Assembly (NCBI GenBank): GCA_013265495.1
Contig: MU058650.1
Location: 771,394-835,393 of the forward strand
From: Vicugna vicugna
Lineage: Eukaryota
Length of the DNA: 64,000 nucleotides
Direction of reading: 5' to 3'
The notes under the pieces were generated by a model. It made no database searches. It was not told the origin of the DNA and saw only the letters and a program-made list of their open reading frames with translations. A program made the translations under genes and the position numbers. Below are positions 50,870 through 64,000 of the stretch, piece after piece (position 1 is the first letter of the stretch; each line of letters begins with the position of its first letter).

Positions 50870-53800
50870 TGGGAGCTCTAGAGGAGTCCCTTAAACCAAA
50901 TGCCTAGCACTAAAACAAAATATAATGCAGAATACAGTACAGATGTTATTTTTTTAAAAAAATGATTCCTACTGTCAGTGAGATCCAAGAGGTTAGTACA
51001 TTGCTAAAACAAAGCGGACTCTCATGGAAGAAAGAGCAGTTCAAGAACCAGAAAGACTTGTAAATAAAACTGAGTTCAAAAATATACAGGAAGTGAGCAG
51101 AAAATACAAAGTACTGAATCCAAATTAGTGAATTCAGCACTAGCCTGGGAATTCTCTATACTTAGGAAAAGACAGTAAACAGATGCAAGTTATAAAGGCA
51201 AAAGGACACATGGCCAATTAATATGCATTCAATAGTACTTTCAGGAAAAAAAAAGCAAAGATGATAGAAGCATTAACAAAGAGAAATAATGAGAAAATTT
51301 CACCAGCTAACTTTCCAGACCTGAAGGGCTGATCCAGAAGCCTTACGGGAGGGGAAAAAGTGAAGCATACAAAAAGACTCATACAAAAAAAATCCTAATT
51401 CCTGAGTCTAACAATTGATGAGGGGAAAAACAAAATCACAAAGATTAGATCAGGGGAAGGAGGGAGTGTCAGCATGTAAAAAAATGGGTGTAGGTAAATA
51501 ATATACTGCCTATAAAGGAAAGAAAGTTGAGACTGTTATCAATTTTTCACCTACAATACTAAATACTATAAGATAACAGAATAAAGATCAAATTTTGAAA
51601 AAATATTGTAAGGCAATAATTTTACACACAGAATTTAATTCACTCAAATCATCCTTCCTTGATATGGGCATGAGAAAGTCATCTTCCAAAACGTAAGGAA
51701 TCAGAAAGCAAACCCCTTACTAATTCCAGGAGCAGGGACTACTCAGGACCACTAAGCCAAACTATAAAGGAAAGGTGTGCTATAAAGCAAATGGCAAACC
51801 TAACAGTTAAGTCTAAACAACTATTCTTGTAGGTGTGAAGAATACAATTGCCAAGAATAACATACATATTAAAAAATTTTATAATAAACTATAATTAAAG
51901 TTTCAAATTATTTCAATAAAATCTGAGAGTTGTGATGGAAAGTTATTATCTTAGCCTAGGCAGAGATAATCCATAATATTTCATTTTTTTAAAATTATTT
52001 TAAAAATACAGGTTTAACATGTTTCTTAAATTTTATGACATAATGATGTGTCCACAATTAGTGGCTTCTCGGAGTCAATAAAATATAGTAATAAAAACAG
52101 AAACAGCAGTTACCACAATTTATCCAGTGCTTATTGTGTTACATCTTTTGTATCACTGAAGTGGGCTGTACTAAAAATGCCTAGGTTCAAATCTCCCCAT
52201 GAACTATGTAATCTTGTTTATTTAAACTGTCTGCCTCAATTTCCTCATTTATAAAATAAGAATAATGGTACAATTATGGACATTAAATAAGTCTAATTAC
52301 ACATGAAGTATTTTAACAGTGCTGGGCAGATGAAAAGTATTCAACTATTATTAATGCTTACAACAATTCCATGAGATTGATACTAATAGTCGTGTTTTTA
52401 AAATGAAAAATAAAAATGAAGCTAAGGTCACATAACAAGAGTCACAAATCTGATATTGAAATTTAGGACTACTTGACAACAAAGCCAATGTTTTTAACTA
52501 CTATGTCAAAATGCCTCACTCTGTGATTCTCAACTGTTTTAGAGCATTAAGAAATTATATAAAACTTCATAATTCAAATAATAAGCACCTAATAACCCCC
52601 CAAAACGAAAACTAAAGGCCATATACATGTACAAATAAAGACAAAAATTTAAAATAAAATATTAGCAAATTTAACTCACTAGTGTATTAAAGGAAATGCC
52701 ATGATCAAATAAGAGTCAAAGAAAGCAAGAATGGTCCAAAATTAGAAAATGTATTAGTGGAATTCATTTTATTAACAAATAAAAGTAAAAAATCATATTA
52801 TCTCAAAGAATACCAAAAAAGTTTTTTCATAAAAGTTAGATACCCATTCCTAATTTAAAAACAAAAGGAAACTAACAAAAAAGCACCTCTGAATAAACTT
52901 GGAATGCAAGAATACTTTTTAAAGATGATAATCTTCATCTTAAATGCAGGAAGTTATCTAAACACAGAAAGAAAAGAAAACTAGCTTTCAGTGTTTTATC
53001 AGAGTTCTGAAATTCTATTTTAAAAATACAACTTTAAATACTGTACTACTGAGTGGGAAAAAGCAAAAGTAATTACCATTTGTATATAACTATTTTCCTA
53101 GATAATCCAATTAAAAAAAAAAAGCTTTGGTCTTAATGACAAGTTTAAAAAATTGGCAGACTAGCACCAGGCAAGACAGAAAACATAAAGGAAGACAGAT
53201 CCACTACACAATTGAAAAGATAAAATAATCTTAAGGATACACGCATAATAACTGAACGGAGAAATTTACTGAAAAGCATAAGTGAAAATTTGAATTGAGA
53301 AATACCCAGTATCTTACGATAAGATGACACAATATTGCAAAGAAATTAATTGTCCTTGGTTTATCTAAAATTCCAAAAAGAGTTGTAAATTTATAATGTC
53401 TTTTGGAAAACTGTTTCTGTTGAGTCTGAACTTGACAAAATCAATTCTAAATTTAACAAAGAAAACACATAAACTGTAAAGTTATTTTTTAATGACTAAT
53501 AAAAGATTTACCCTGTTACATAGTAGGTGTTCACTAATTATTTGCTATCTGCATAAGTTACTGAAAACTACAATAATTATAACAGTATGATACTAATTTC
53601 AGGAAACAATAGAGAAATCAATAAAACAGATTTAAGAGTGAAGAAGAGACCAGTTTTATAAAAGACAATGTAATATATAATAAATGTGCCATTTCAAGTT
53701 AGTGGGAAAAGAATATTCATTCAATATATTGTAAACAACTATCTGAAGACATAAGAAAAGTTAGCGGTCTACTTTAAACTATATACAAATCTATATTTCA

Positions 53801-54980
53801 AAAAGATTAAAAATATGCATTAAAAATAAAACTGAACAAGTTCTCAAAGGAAATAAAGGTGTATATTTTTATGATTTTGGAGGTGGGCAAGGCCTGTCAA
53901 AGAATTAAGAAGAACATTAAGTCAGGAAAGAAAAAGCTGAAAAAATATTTTAAATGTATCCACAGCAAATATATACAAAGTAAAAAATAAACATGAAACT
54001 AACAGGAAGAAATTTGAACAGATTTATTAAAAGGTCTTAAATCAATATCCCAAAAGAAAAATGGGTAAATACTATCAATAATCAAATCAAATGGCCAAAA
54101 AAATTGAAAAAAATTCCAGTTTACTAGTCAACAAATGTGTAAAATAAAAGCAAAGAAAAACATTTATTTACCAAACCTAGTAGCACAGACTACAAAGAAT
54201 GATAGTCCTACTCTTGAAAATCATGTGCTAAAAAGTCATTTTAATTGGTCTAATTTCTTCAACTTTCTGTAGAGAAATTTCACAATATATATCTCACTTT
54301 AAATGTCTCAATGCTTTAAAATAGCAATTTCACTTTTTAGTAACGCATTAAAGAAAATAACTAAATGCACTGAAAGAGCCGGTCAGCACAGTGCTGTTTA
54401 ACAGGGGAAAAAATAAAAACATCAAAGTCCCTCCACTGACAATTAAACAGAAACAGCGGTAAAACCATACAAATACATATGTAAATATTAAGAGGCCATT
54501 AACATGTATATATTTACTGGCATCCAACTATGTCTATTTTAGTGAGTGAAAGAAGTAGGATGCATTCTATAAGCCTGCTTTTATAAAACTTTATTTTAAA
54601 AGTATACAATAAACAAAAAAATCTGAAAAATATGTCAAAATATTAACAAAGATTCTATTAAAATAAAGAATAAATTTTCTTTCTTTCTTTGTCTATATTT
54701 TCAAAATCTTACTCCTTTCTAAATCTTTTCTCTGAAATTAAAAATAAACAGGACATCAAAAGCTACTGAAACAGAAAGAACATCCACACTTGGTGAATGA
54801 GGGAGTTTGTTCTAAAATATCATATATTGCTGCACAACTCCACTGCTTTACACACACACACACACATACACAACCCCCCAATCATTTCATGATGCATGTA
54901 AGTCAAATCATTATGTTGCACACCTTAGGCTCATGTAGTGCTGCATGAAAAGTGTATCTCAACAAAACTGGAAGGAAAAT
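50870..54980 (+). mobile_element. Highly decayed old L1 (L1ME/HAL1-like) fragments with interspersed MIRs
   Basis: A-rich strand bias with scattered L1 ORF2 and 3' motifs (aaaatattagcaaat, ccatttcaagttagtgggaaaaga, atcattatgttgcacacctta); boundaries uncertain. Confidence 0.5.
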
Positions 54981-55440
54981 AAATATCACATTTTAAAAGC
55001 AAACAAAAAAAGGGTATACACACTCTCTTTAAAAAAAAGAAACTGGTATATTCTAAAACTCTGAAATGCAACAAAAACTCTGGAACAAACCAAAAACTCT
55101 GAAATATACCAAATTTTCAAAAGTGGTAATGCCCAGAGGTATTCTACAGAGGCTTCTGCAGTATTCAGATTTTCTCACAACGAAAAAAAGGTTGCTTTTA
55201 CATTAAACATATGCGTACTTCAATTTCACATACTTCAATTTTATATTCATTATGCCAATATAAATATGCTATATAAGTTTACATAAAAATGAAAAGCAAA
55301 AAATGGCTTCAGCAATATATAGATTTGATATTAAATGTCAGTTCAATTCAAAAGTGTTTCCCAGCAAAAAAAACCGACAGACACACAATTTCTCATATAA
55401 CTCTGAAAATAATATGTATCTCCTTAATACCAATACTCAC

Positions 55441-55550
55441 TCCATATCTTTCAGCTACAACGTCTTCAAAATTTCTGTTTTGTTTCTCAGCTTGTTCCTT
55501 CATTCTTTGGTAAGACTTCCTTAGCCAGCTTAAACCACCATCTTCTACTA
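55441..55550 (-). CDS. CWF19L2: CWF19L2 coding exon (~exon 7), [37 protein letters not shown]
   Basis: tttcag|TAGTAGAAGAT...TATGGA|gtgagt; 110 nt, phase 1 to 0. The exact acceptor is ambiguous (tandem CAG/TAG/TAG/AAG, see findings). Confidence 0.88.
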
Positions 55551-56695
55551 CTGAAATTAAATTCCAGTATTAAATGTTAGTTATACTTTTCATGTGGTTA
55601 TGACAGAATTAATATTTATTGCTACTACAATTATTTCTAAAGTATGAAATTGAATATTACTCCTTGAACATATAAAAATAATAAGTGTTTTATAATTCAA
55701 CATGTATCTGAGAACCTATAAATGCGAGGTATAATTTTACAATTATGAGAAAGGAAAAAAAATAAAACTATCCTCAAAAAAACTGCAATCTAAGAGAATA
55801 AGGATAAAAGGATATAAGTAATTATAACAATGATAATATTTGATAAATATTATAAAAAGCTATAGAGTTATACAAAAATGAGAAAAGGGAGGGATTATTT
55901 ATAATGTGAGGTAAGGGAAAATGTCACAAACAGGCTAAAAAAATGAGTTGAATTTCTACAAACAAAGATAAGAGAATGCAGGGTATTCTCAGAAATAAAG
56001 AATAAAGGTGTACACAGAGGGGAAAAAAGCTACCTCAGATACAGCACAAGGAACAAATAAAGAAATTATAATCATGTGGAACCACATTAAACCAAATTAT
56101 TCTCCTTTAGTTGTGATTACCAACTCTGAAAATCTGAATGAACTTTATAAATGCTTGTATTTCCTTCTACATACATCATACTTTTGATTTTTGTAAAGAA
56201 GAAATCTAATCAATAAATAAGTCAAAACTGTTCCTGATTTTCCTTGTTCAAAAATCAGACTACTTTTCATCTCCCAGCTGTATAACCAACAAAAATACAC
56301 ACACAGAGACCCTAAAAGATATGTATGAGAATCTTCATAGCACAAAAATCTGCAGTAATCCCAGCCAAGAAACAGCCCAAATGTCCATCATCAGTAAAAT
56401 GAATCTGTATTGTAGATTATGATGCATATTCCTAAAATAGATTGCTATACAGCAATGAGAATGAATGACTATAAATACACACAACAACATGAATGAATCG
56501 AAAATGTGGACAAAAGTAGCAGCAAACAAAAGAGGACAAGTGCATGATTCCAGGAAAAGCTGACTTTTGGTGCTAGAACCCTTCGGGCAAAAGCACAGTG
56601 ACTCGAAGAGCCACACAGGGAACTTCTGGGATGCTAACAATGTTCTGTTTCTTAAACTGTGCTCATTGCACAGATGTTTTTATTTTGTAAAAATA

Positions 56696-56913
56696 CAGTT
56701 GACCCTTGAACAACATGTTTGAACTATGCAGATTTACTTATACGTGGATGTTTTTCAATAGTAAATACTACAATACAACACAATCTGGAGTTGGTTGGAT
56801 CCATGGTTGGTTGAATCCACGGACACAGAGGGCCAGCTCTAAGTCATACGCAGATTTCAACTGTGCAGAGAGGGTAGGTGCCCCTGACCGCCATGTTGTT
56901 CAAGCGTCAACTG
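56696..56913. mobile_element. MER8-like Tigger MITE nested in an old L1 3' end (~56280-56990)
   Basis: TA+cagttgacccttgaacaacatg ... catgttgttcaagcgtcaactg+TA: near-perfect 22-bp TIRs. Confidence 0.88.
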
Positions 56914-57299
56914 TAATCAGTCTGTATATTATGATTTGTGTATTTTTCTATATATGTGTTGTCAATAAAAAGTTTACTTGAAAAAATAGATTTTTCAATT
57001 CTGAAATTAATTCTAGTTCCTCATTCAAATCTCAAAAGTTTATTTTTATCAAGCAATCTCTTCTAAGATAATGGGTCTTACTTTACAGGTCTAAAATACT
57101 TCGTACTTCAAAATCCAGATCTCTAGGTAACTCAGTAATTCACTTTTCACTCGTTTAGTTTACTCTTGCTCTTTTTTCATATATATTCTATGAGTTCAAA
57201 ATTAACAATGCAGCTACTCAACGAAGTTAGTCTAAATCTGCAATTTACAAAGTGGTAAGAGAAACCCATTGTAAATAATACCTATGTTAATGTTCCAGC

Positions 57300-57832
57300 T
57301 ATATAATTAAATCTTTTATTCCAAGGAGTTATCTGTGAAACTGACAAACTGACGGGCGTAGTGAAAATTTTAACTCACGCACATGGAGGTCTCATACAAA
57401 TGAGACCTAAGAAGGGACCAAAGCAGGCAATTTTTTATACTTTTTAGATAGAGAAACAATAATCTGTAAGGAATTGACAGGATGCCAAAAAAAAAAAAAA
57501 AACAACAACAACAACAACTCAGGCTTGAGTGCTTGCTTAATTACTGAAAAATCTAAACAGAGCTCGGGTTTGAGGTAGTAAATTCAAGAAGCAACAAGGC
57601 CTGTATGTAATAGGCTTCTTGGCCTCGAATTCCCTCTCTCTGATAAGAATGTCTTTCTACCTCCAGATACAGGAACTGCATCTTTCATATGAGATTTATT
57701 CCATTTTTAAGGAGACAGAGAGGAAAGTCAAAGTGTCCCTCTTGCATCAGCTCTTTCTTAAGTACCTTTAATTCAAAATAATCAGTATACCATTGAGGTA
57801 CATGCTGGGGAAACCTACCCTGGACCCCAACA
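57300..57832 (-). mobile_element. ERV1-class solo LTR related to 31378-31818
   Basis: Shares ttcttggcctcgaattccct, tttttagata, aattcaaaataat and cctaccctg...ca with the other copy; left boundary uncertain. Confidence 0.7.
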
Positions 57833-58309
57833 ATGGGAATAATGAAATATTTTTAACAAGAGAAGTAACCAAATTTAGTATTTAAAAAGCAAACAAAAAT
57901 ATCAGTTTGCAGTACCATCTATCACGAAATTCAGTCCAATTAATATTTTGTGAATATTTACTATGAATATGAAAAGTTGTTAAACTGAGAAGGAAATAAA
58001 AACATGATAAGGGGATAAAAACATGGGTGAAGGGGGTATATATTTATTATAAAATAAAGACTAAATAAATCTTAAAAAAAAACAAACAAAAAAATCATGA
58101 ATAAGGCATGGTCCCTGTCCTCTATCTGAGATAAACATGTATCAAATATAGTTAACTTCATTGGTATGGAACAATTACTATCTATTTGTATCTGAAATCT
58201 AAAAATTTCAGAGACTGAAGTATATGCTTCCATAATTAAAGTTACACTGTTACAGACAAAATACAACCAAATGAATTGGGCTACTTTCCTCATTTTTCTC
58301 AGAAAACAG

Positions 58310-59270
58310 GGTATCATAAAAATAGCAACAAACTAAGTATCAGGAGACCTAGATTTCAGTCTTGCTGTTATTACCAGATAGTTGTAAGATCTTAAGCAAG
58401 TTATTACTTCTTTGAACTTCTGCTTCTTTGTCTGTAAAATATGGCAGTTGATTTAAACTATCTTTGAAATTTCTTCTCAAAAGTTTCTATAAGAAAAAGC
58501 CAAAAAATAAAGAGGAAAAAAAATCTGTTCAGATGAACAAAAACATATAAAGTAATGGAAGGAGTTTTTAAGAATTTCTACTAACTACATGGTAACACAC
58601 AAAGTCTTCTAATGAAGAATCAGGGTAACTAACCCTGGACTAGAAGACCTGGTTCTAGGACTGCTCACATGCCTTTAGGCAAATTACTTGACCAATCTCA
58701 GACTTAGTGTCCTGAAAATTAGGGATGCTCTTCCTATAAAGTTAGGACCTCTACTTTGCTACCCTCACCTGGCTGCTACGAAAATAAGCTGGTATAAAAA
58801 TGTGCCTTGTAAATTTAAAAATTGTACAAATATTCCCATTACTAAAATATGATTTAAGGTAACTCTGTATGGACACTGAAAACAATTTACTTACTTTTCA
58901 ACTTAATTGTCTCTAAGGAAAAAAAAATCAGGAGTAACCAATTAATTATTGTATATATGTGGCATCTCAATCATTACAATAAAAAAAAAACTGTTGATAA
59001 AATCTTCCCAAACCATTTCATCACAAGGACAAGTATTTGACATCACCATCATTATTGAATATTTACTATATTCCAGATACCATGCTAGAAGATTTTCTCA
59101 TTTATTCCTCACAATAGCCATGTAAGACAGCTCATGCCATTATTTCCTAGATGTGTAAACTGGGCTCAGATAGGTCAGGAAACATTCCTCAAATCACAAA
59201 ACTAGTAAGTAGAAATGCCAAAATTCTAATTCCAAGAAGTCAAATTCCACAGTCTAAGTCCTTAAGAACA
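58310..59270. mobile_element. Cluster of MIR fragments
   Basis: MIR cores: cttaagcaagttattacttctttgaacttctgcttctttgtctgtaaaat, taggcaaattacttgacc, gatgtgtaaactgggctcagatagg. Confidence 0.55.
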
Positions 59271-61037
59271 CTGCGTCACCTCTCTGTACCTCCTTCATAC
59301 CACTGTTGTAACACTCGCAGGCGCCTCTCAGCTTCAGCCCTGCCGCTGGTCTGAATAGAATCGCTACGCTGCCTGCACCTGCCTGCCAAAAACCTGCAGA
59401 CCATTTTTTAAACTTAATTTCAACTCTGGGATCTGAACCCCTGACAGACAGAGGCTTTCTGTCATTCTTCCTCCTTTTAAATAAACATAGTATGAGACAG
59501 AGAAATGGTAAGATGATGTGAAGGGCAAGGGAGAAAGGCTTTCCAGAACCTTCACGTGAGGCCCTTTTCCCCTCGTGTCTTTGATTCCACTGGTTCAGCC
59601 CACCGGCAGATGCTGCCTAAGGCAGAACTTGGGCCTTCTCCGAGCAGTAAAGTTAAGGACCTGGTAACTACAAATGCTCAAAGGCAGGACTTGTCAGTTC
59701 TAAGTTTTCCCCACAGATGATTTTACTGACTGTCCTCTGACAGCAGGCATGGTGAAAGCTTTGATCATAAAATCAGCCCTATGCAGTAACAGTTCACTGA
59801 GCAAACTTGTGCTCCCCAAACAAGTTTCTAAAAAGACAGTATTTCAACAAGACCTTTGTATGATTACGTGCATTATTACATAGCCCAGCAGAGACATTTC
59901 TGCCCATGCTGAAAGGCAATAAAGAAAATGTTATAATTACTAATAACTTCAGTAAAATTAACAAGTACAAATTATAAAGGAACCTAGAAGTGGCTCCAGG
60001 GACAGCTCCATAAAATACAAAAGAACCTGACAAATGGCCAGAAAATAGACAAACTACATATGAAAAGCAGAAAACGGTCTACATATGAGAAGGAGGAAAA
60101 CGTTCTGATTAATCACTAGGATAAAAAGACAACAATTTATACTACTACGCTGTGTGTACTGGGTTAACTGTAATTAAATAACTTCTCACTGAGTTTCAGT
60201 GTAACAGTTAATTGGCATATAAGTACTTTTTAAATTATGATGGAAGGTATGATTGTAAGACAAATACTTTGTCTCCATCTGCTAGAAAGTAACAGCACTA
60301 TCCTAAGGTCAACACAAGTTTTACAAACGCTGGCAAAGTAAGAATTCCTGAAGATATGAAATAATATTTTTTAAATATTAAAATGTTTTAATGTTTAAAT
60401 ATTTAAATAATGTATAAATATTAACACATCAGTGTCATGAAATGAAATTTTCATTTCTAGAGCCTTAATACTTTTTACATTTTGTTATAGAATGTAACAA
60501 ATCAAAGCATTATTATATCCATACACATTATTATATCTTAAAATGTTTTTCATGAATCCATTCAAAATATAAACTCAAATATGAAAACATTATAGACAAT
60601 TAAAATATTTAATCAATTTATTCCCATAATATAGTTAAAATAATCTTCCCAAGTATTAATAATTTAAAGAAGGCCTTACAACACTACAGATGTTTTATCA
60701 ATGCTTTCCCATATATAAATTGAAACTTTAGTAATAATCCATAGATGCTTATAATATGAAAAGACTTCACATCAGATAATCAATATATTTCATTGTTTTA
60801 CAAATATATAAACAAAGAGATTTCCAGACTTGAACAAAATTATAGCACTGAGCAGAAATATCTAAATAACTAGCAATAAAATTTATATGTAATACATCTC
60901 AAAATCTGATTTAATTATTATTCGTTTTTGGAATTCATAATATACCTTGCCAATCTACCAACAAATTCAAGTCATTCCCTGAGGAATATCAAGTTATAAG
61001 AAACGCCTGTATGGCTACAACCAAAATACAAAGATAC

Positions 61038-61131
61038 CTTTAGTAACTGATGGCACACTGCAGTCTTCTGGGGGGAGACCTGTCCCACCATCCTTCCAGT
61101 ATGGGTTCAATTCTCTTTCCAGCAGCCTGGA
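61038..61131 (-). CDS. CWF19L2: CWF19L2 coding exon (~exon 6), [31 protein letters not shown]
   Basis: ttgtcccag|TCC...AAAG|gtatct; 94 nt, phase 0 to 1; contains the conserved [16 protein letters not shown] motif. Not in the ORF track. Confidence 0.93.
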
Positions 61132-61294
61132 CTGGGACAAAACATTTTCAGAGGTCACAATTTTAAAATAACCCCACCATAAAATATATTAATAAATTAA
61201 AAATCTGAAACTCAATTAACAATTGTAACGTTAGGCAAATATTTAAAGCACTCTTAAGGCATGTTCTTTTGCAACTTGCAGGAAATAATGTCTA

Positions 61295-62150
61295 AATTAA
61301 CATTCACTCAATGCTTTTATTCAATGCCTACCATGAATCAGAACAGTGCTAGATGCAGAAGATGTAACAGTCAATATGCCTAACTAGCCCTCGCTAGCTT
61401 ATGAGACAGAAAGGAATACAGACAACATACAAGTAACAGACAAGTGCTTGAAGACAGAAGTGGAGTGTTAAAGCCATACACAATTCTAACGCCTCTCATG
61501 TTGACAAATCAAAGACTTCCTAGAGGAAGTAATATGCGTAGTATCCGACCTAAGGATGAACAGGAATTAGCCAGTTTTCTTCGTGAAGAAAGAGCATTAA
61601 GATGCTCCAAGTAAAGGAAACCCCAGAGGAAGGAGAAAGCAGAGCAGTCTTAGGGAACTGGAAGTAATTCGGACACGCTGAAACTCAGAAGCATGAGTGT
61701 GTAGTGAAGAGAGATGAGGCTGCACGGTAATCAGGGCCTAGGCCAGGAGCTACTCTGCTATTAGAGCTTTACGCTTAGGGTAATGGTGAGGCATAAAGAT
61801 GGGCAGCTTTGTTTTACACAGAGAGCAAACTGCTTTCAGAATGGAGAAAAAAACTGGAGAAGATCAACATTAAAGGCAGGAAACCAGTCAGAAGACTGTG
61901 CAATCCGGAAAGAGATGACAGCAGCCCAGTCATGATGCAAGTGTCTACCGTGTCCCGGGCTCTATGCCAGGCACTGGGGCTACAATGAATAAGCCAGGTG
62001 TAGTCCCTGCCGTTGAAGAGACAATGGTCTACAGAAAGGGGAGAGACAGGCAATGTTAATACAGATGCGGGCAGTGAAAGAAAAGGGTGCTGCAGACACA
62101 CTGTACCAGGGGCGTCCACGTTGACTTAGGGGGTCAGAAATGCTTCTTAG
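61295..62150 (-). mobile_element. LINE-2 fragments
   Basis: cattcactcaatgcttttattcaatgcctaccatg (antisense L2 3' end), tatgccaggcactggggctacaatgaataag. Confidence 0.6.
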
Positions 62151-64000
62151 AACTAATAATGGTAATGATAAAAACTAATAATGCCAATTAGGTAGAGAAG
62201 AATGGAAAGAGTTAATTAAATGTTAGTTTCCAGTTATATGAACCAAACTTTCAAAATAAAAATGCTACATAAAAAAAAATTGTTTTAAGTGTTTAAAACG
62301 TATTTATGACTTGACAAAACAGTAGAGAATCTTCAAAGAATGAAATCTAAGTTAAAGGTTAACTTAGAGATGGGCAAAACAGTAAGGATCTGACTTATTT
62401 CTGTTAGTGTATAGAAGACTGTCACCCCCCTTTTGTGTATACAGATTCTGTTGGCTCCCATTTTAGTCTACTATAAAATTCCATAGCATCTATAATCAAG
62501 AAATTCCTTCCAGTGGTCTTATTTGGACACTCAGAGAGACACATATCAGACACTCAACAGGATAACAAAGACTGAAGTTAAATACTGAGGAGGGCAATTC
62601 ACAACAGGTAAGACAAATTATGAGATACTGTCTAGAAGTACAAGAAGACCGAATGTATAGAGAACTACTATAAATCAGTAAGAAAAAGACAACCCCAGAA
62701 CAAACATAAACAAAATATAAACAACCAGTTCATATGTAAGGAATCTGAATGACAAAAAAATCTCTCCTTGTAATCAGAGGAGTGAATATTAGCACAATGA
62801 AATACCATTTCTCACACATTAACTAGATTGACAAAAATTTTAAAGTCTGGCAATTCAGATAGTAAGTATGGTAAAGAAACACACATTGTTGGGGTACTAT
62901 AAATTAATATAATCTCTTTGCAAGTATCTGTAAAACAAGATAGGTACAAACTTTTATAACTTAGCAATCCCACTTCTAAATATGCACTATGGAGAAAATC
63001 AGCACTGTGTGTAACAGTTTCTAACAGTGGAAAACAAATAATGTAAACGTTCATAGATATCCAAATGGCTATTTACAGAATGGCAGTTAGATGATGAAAG
63101 ACTACACAGTGATTAAAAGGGAGAAATGGAAATAAAATATATCAACATGAATCAATCTCTAAAACATGCTCAGACCTTCTAGTCAAGTGGTTTACTAAAG
63201 TTCAATTCATGTCGCCATGTGTCTCCCTGCTCAGGACCAACAGAAAAGATACAGAAAATATAAAACATGCTTGTATTCAAAACAAGATAAACATCTCTGT
63301 GGACCAGAAACAGAACAGAAATGCAAAGTGGTAAACAGAACTGAAGCCACATGCCTACTGGGCTCTATGTGAAGGCAGAAAATGTTAATCCTTAGTTCAA
63401 TTTCTATAAGATAAAAAACACTAAGTGTTCCAGCTGAAACAGAATGGAACCAGTCTCACCGCATGAAGTCAATGACTGGAGTGGGGAGATGTTCTGCTTG
63501 CGAAAGAAGGTTGAACAATCGGTATGTACCTCCCTCTGCTATAGACTGCGTCTACAGGAATGTGCTACAGATCTACAGCTTACAGCACAATGAAGACGTA
63601 AGAAGCCAAGAAGACATGGACAAAGACATGAGCATTGGTTTTCAAGGTTTTTTTTGACCCTAACCCAAAGAGAGATTTTGTGTGTGTATGTGCGTGCACC
63701 TAAAAGACCCCCATATATTCATTACATATAATACATGCTAATATTTTATATTTTTAAATGCCGGTTGCAATAAGTTGATTCTTGACTCACATTATGAAAA
63801 ACGCTACCATAAAACACAAAAGAAATAATATCCTCAATATAAAGAAGAGATGAAATCAACATGCTTTAACACTGAAGCTTCAGATAAGGACCATCATTTT
63901 AGCCTTCTTCCTGTTACCATTTTATCCTCACTGCCATTGTAAGAATTAAAATTTAGTTCCAAGGTAAGGGCCATATTTTTCTCAAAATAAACCAAACGTT

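Larger units (their letters stand above)
1502..61131 (-). other. CWF19L2: CWF19L2 gene, internal part (10 coding exons, 598 aa in one frame; both ends outside the window)
   Basis: Exon peptides match the recalled human CWF19L2 protein in the correct order. Exon lengths 94+110+662+94+93+117+138+213+117+156=1794 nt have compatible phases, and all introns are GT-AG. Confidence 0.96.

Noticed and set aside
59310..59640. GC-richer patch with CTCF-like words (ccggcagatgctgc)
   Set aside because: Several mismatches to the core motif; cannot be supported without PWM scoring or chromatin data.

Overview
AT-rich mammalian genomic DNA that lies entirely inside one gene on the minus strand: CWF19L2 (CWF19-like cell cycle control factor 2, a late-spliceosome/intron-lariat-complex protein). 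Ten internal coding exons can be spliced by hand with GT-AG boundaries into one open frame of 1794 nt (598 aa): 61038-61131, 55441-55550, 49595-50256, 38962-39055, 37257-37349, 24522-24638, 22536-22673, 10234-10446, 7500-7616 and 1502-1657. These are probably exons 6-15 by human numbering (from memory); start and stop codons lie outside the window. The introns are full of eutherian repeats: L1, L2, MIR, MaLR and ERV1 solo LTRs, and hAT and Tigger MITEs. Two tRNA-Ala-derived SINEs and the L1 3' ends point to a camelid. Most ORFs in the supplied track are repeat-derived or spurious. I found no convincing new biological system. The best leads are splice-site peculiarities (an apparently lost or shifted acceptor, tandem NAGNAG acceptors), a CpG/GC-enriched patch suggestive of GC-biased gene conversion, and several unusually structured L1 insertions. 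Repeat family names and all human-protein comparisons come from recall, not database searches.
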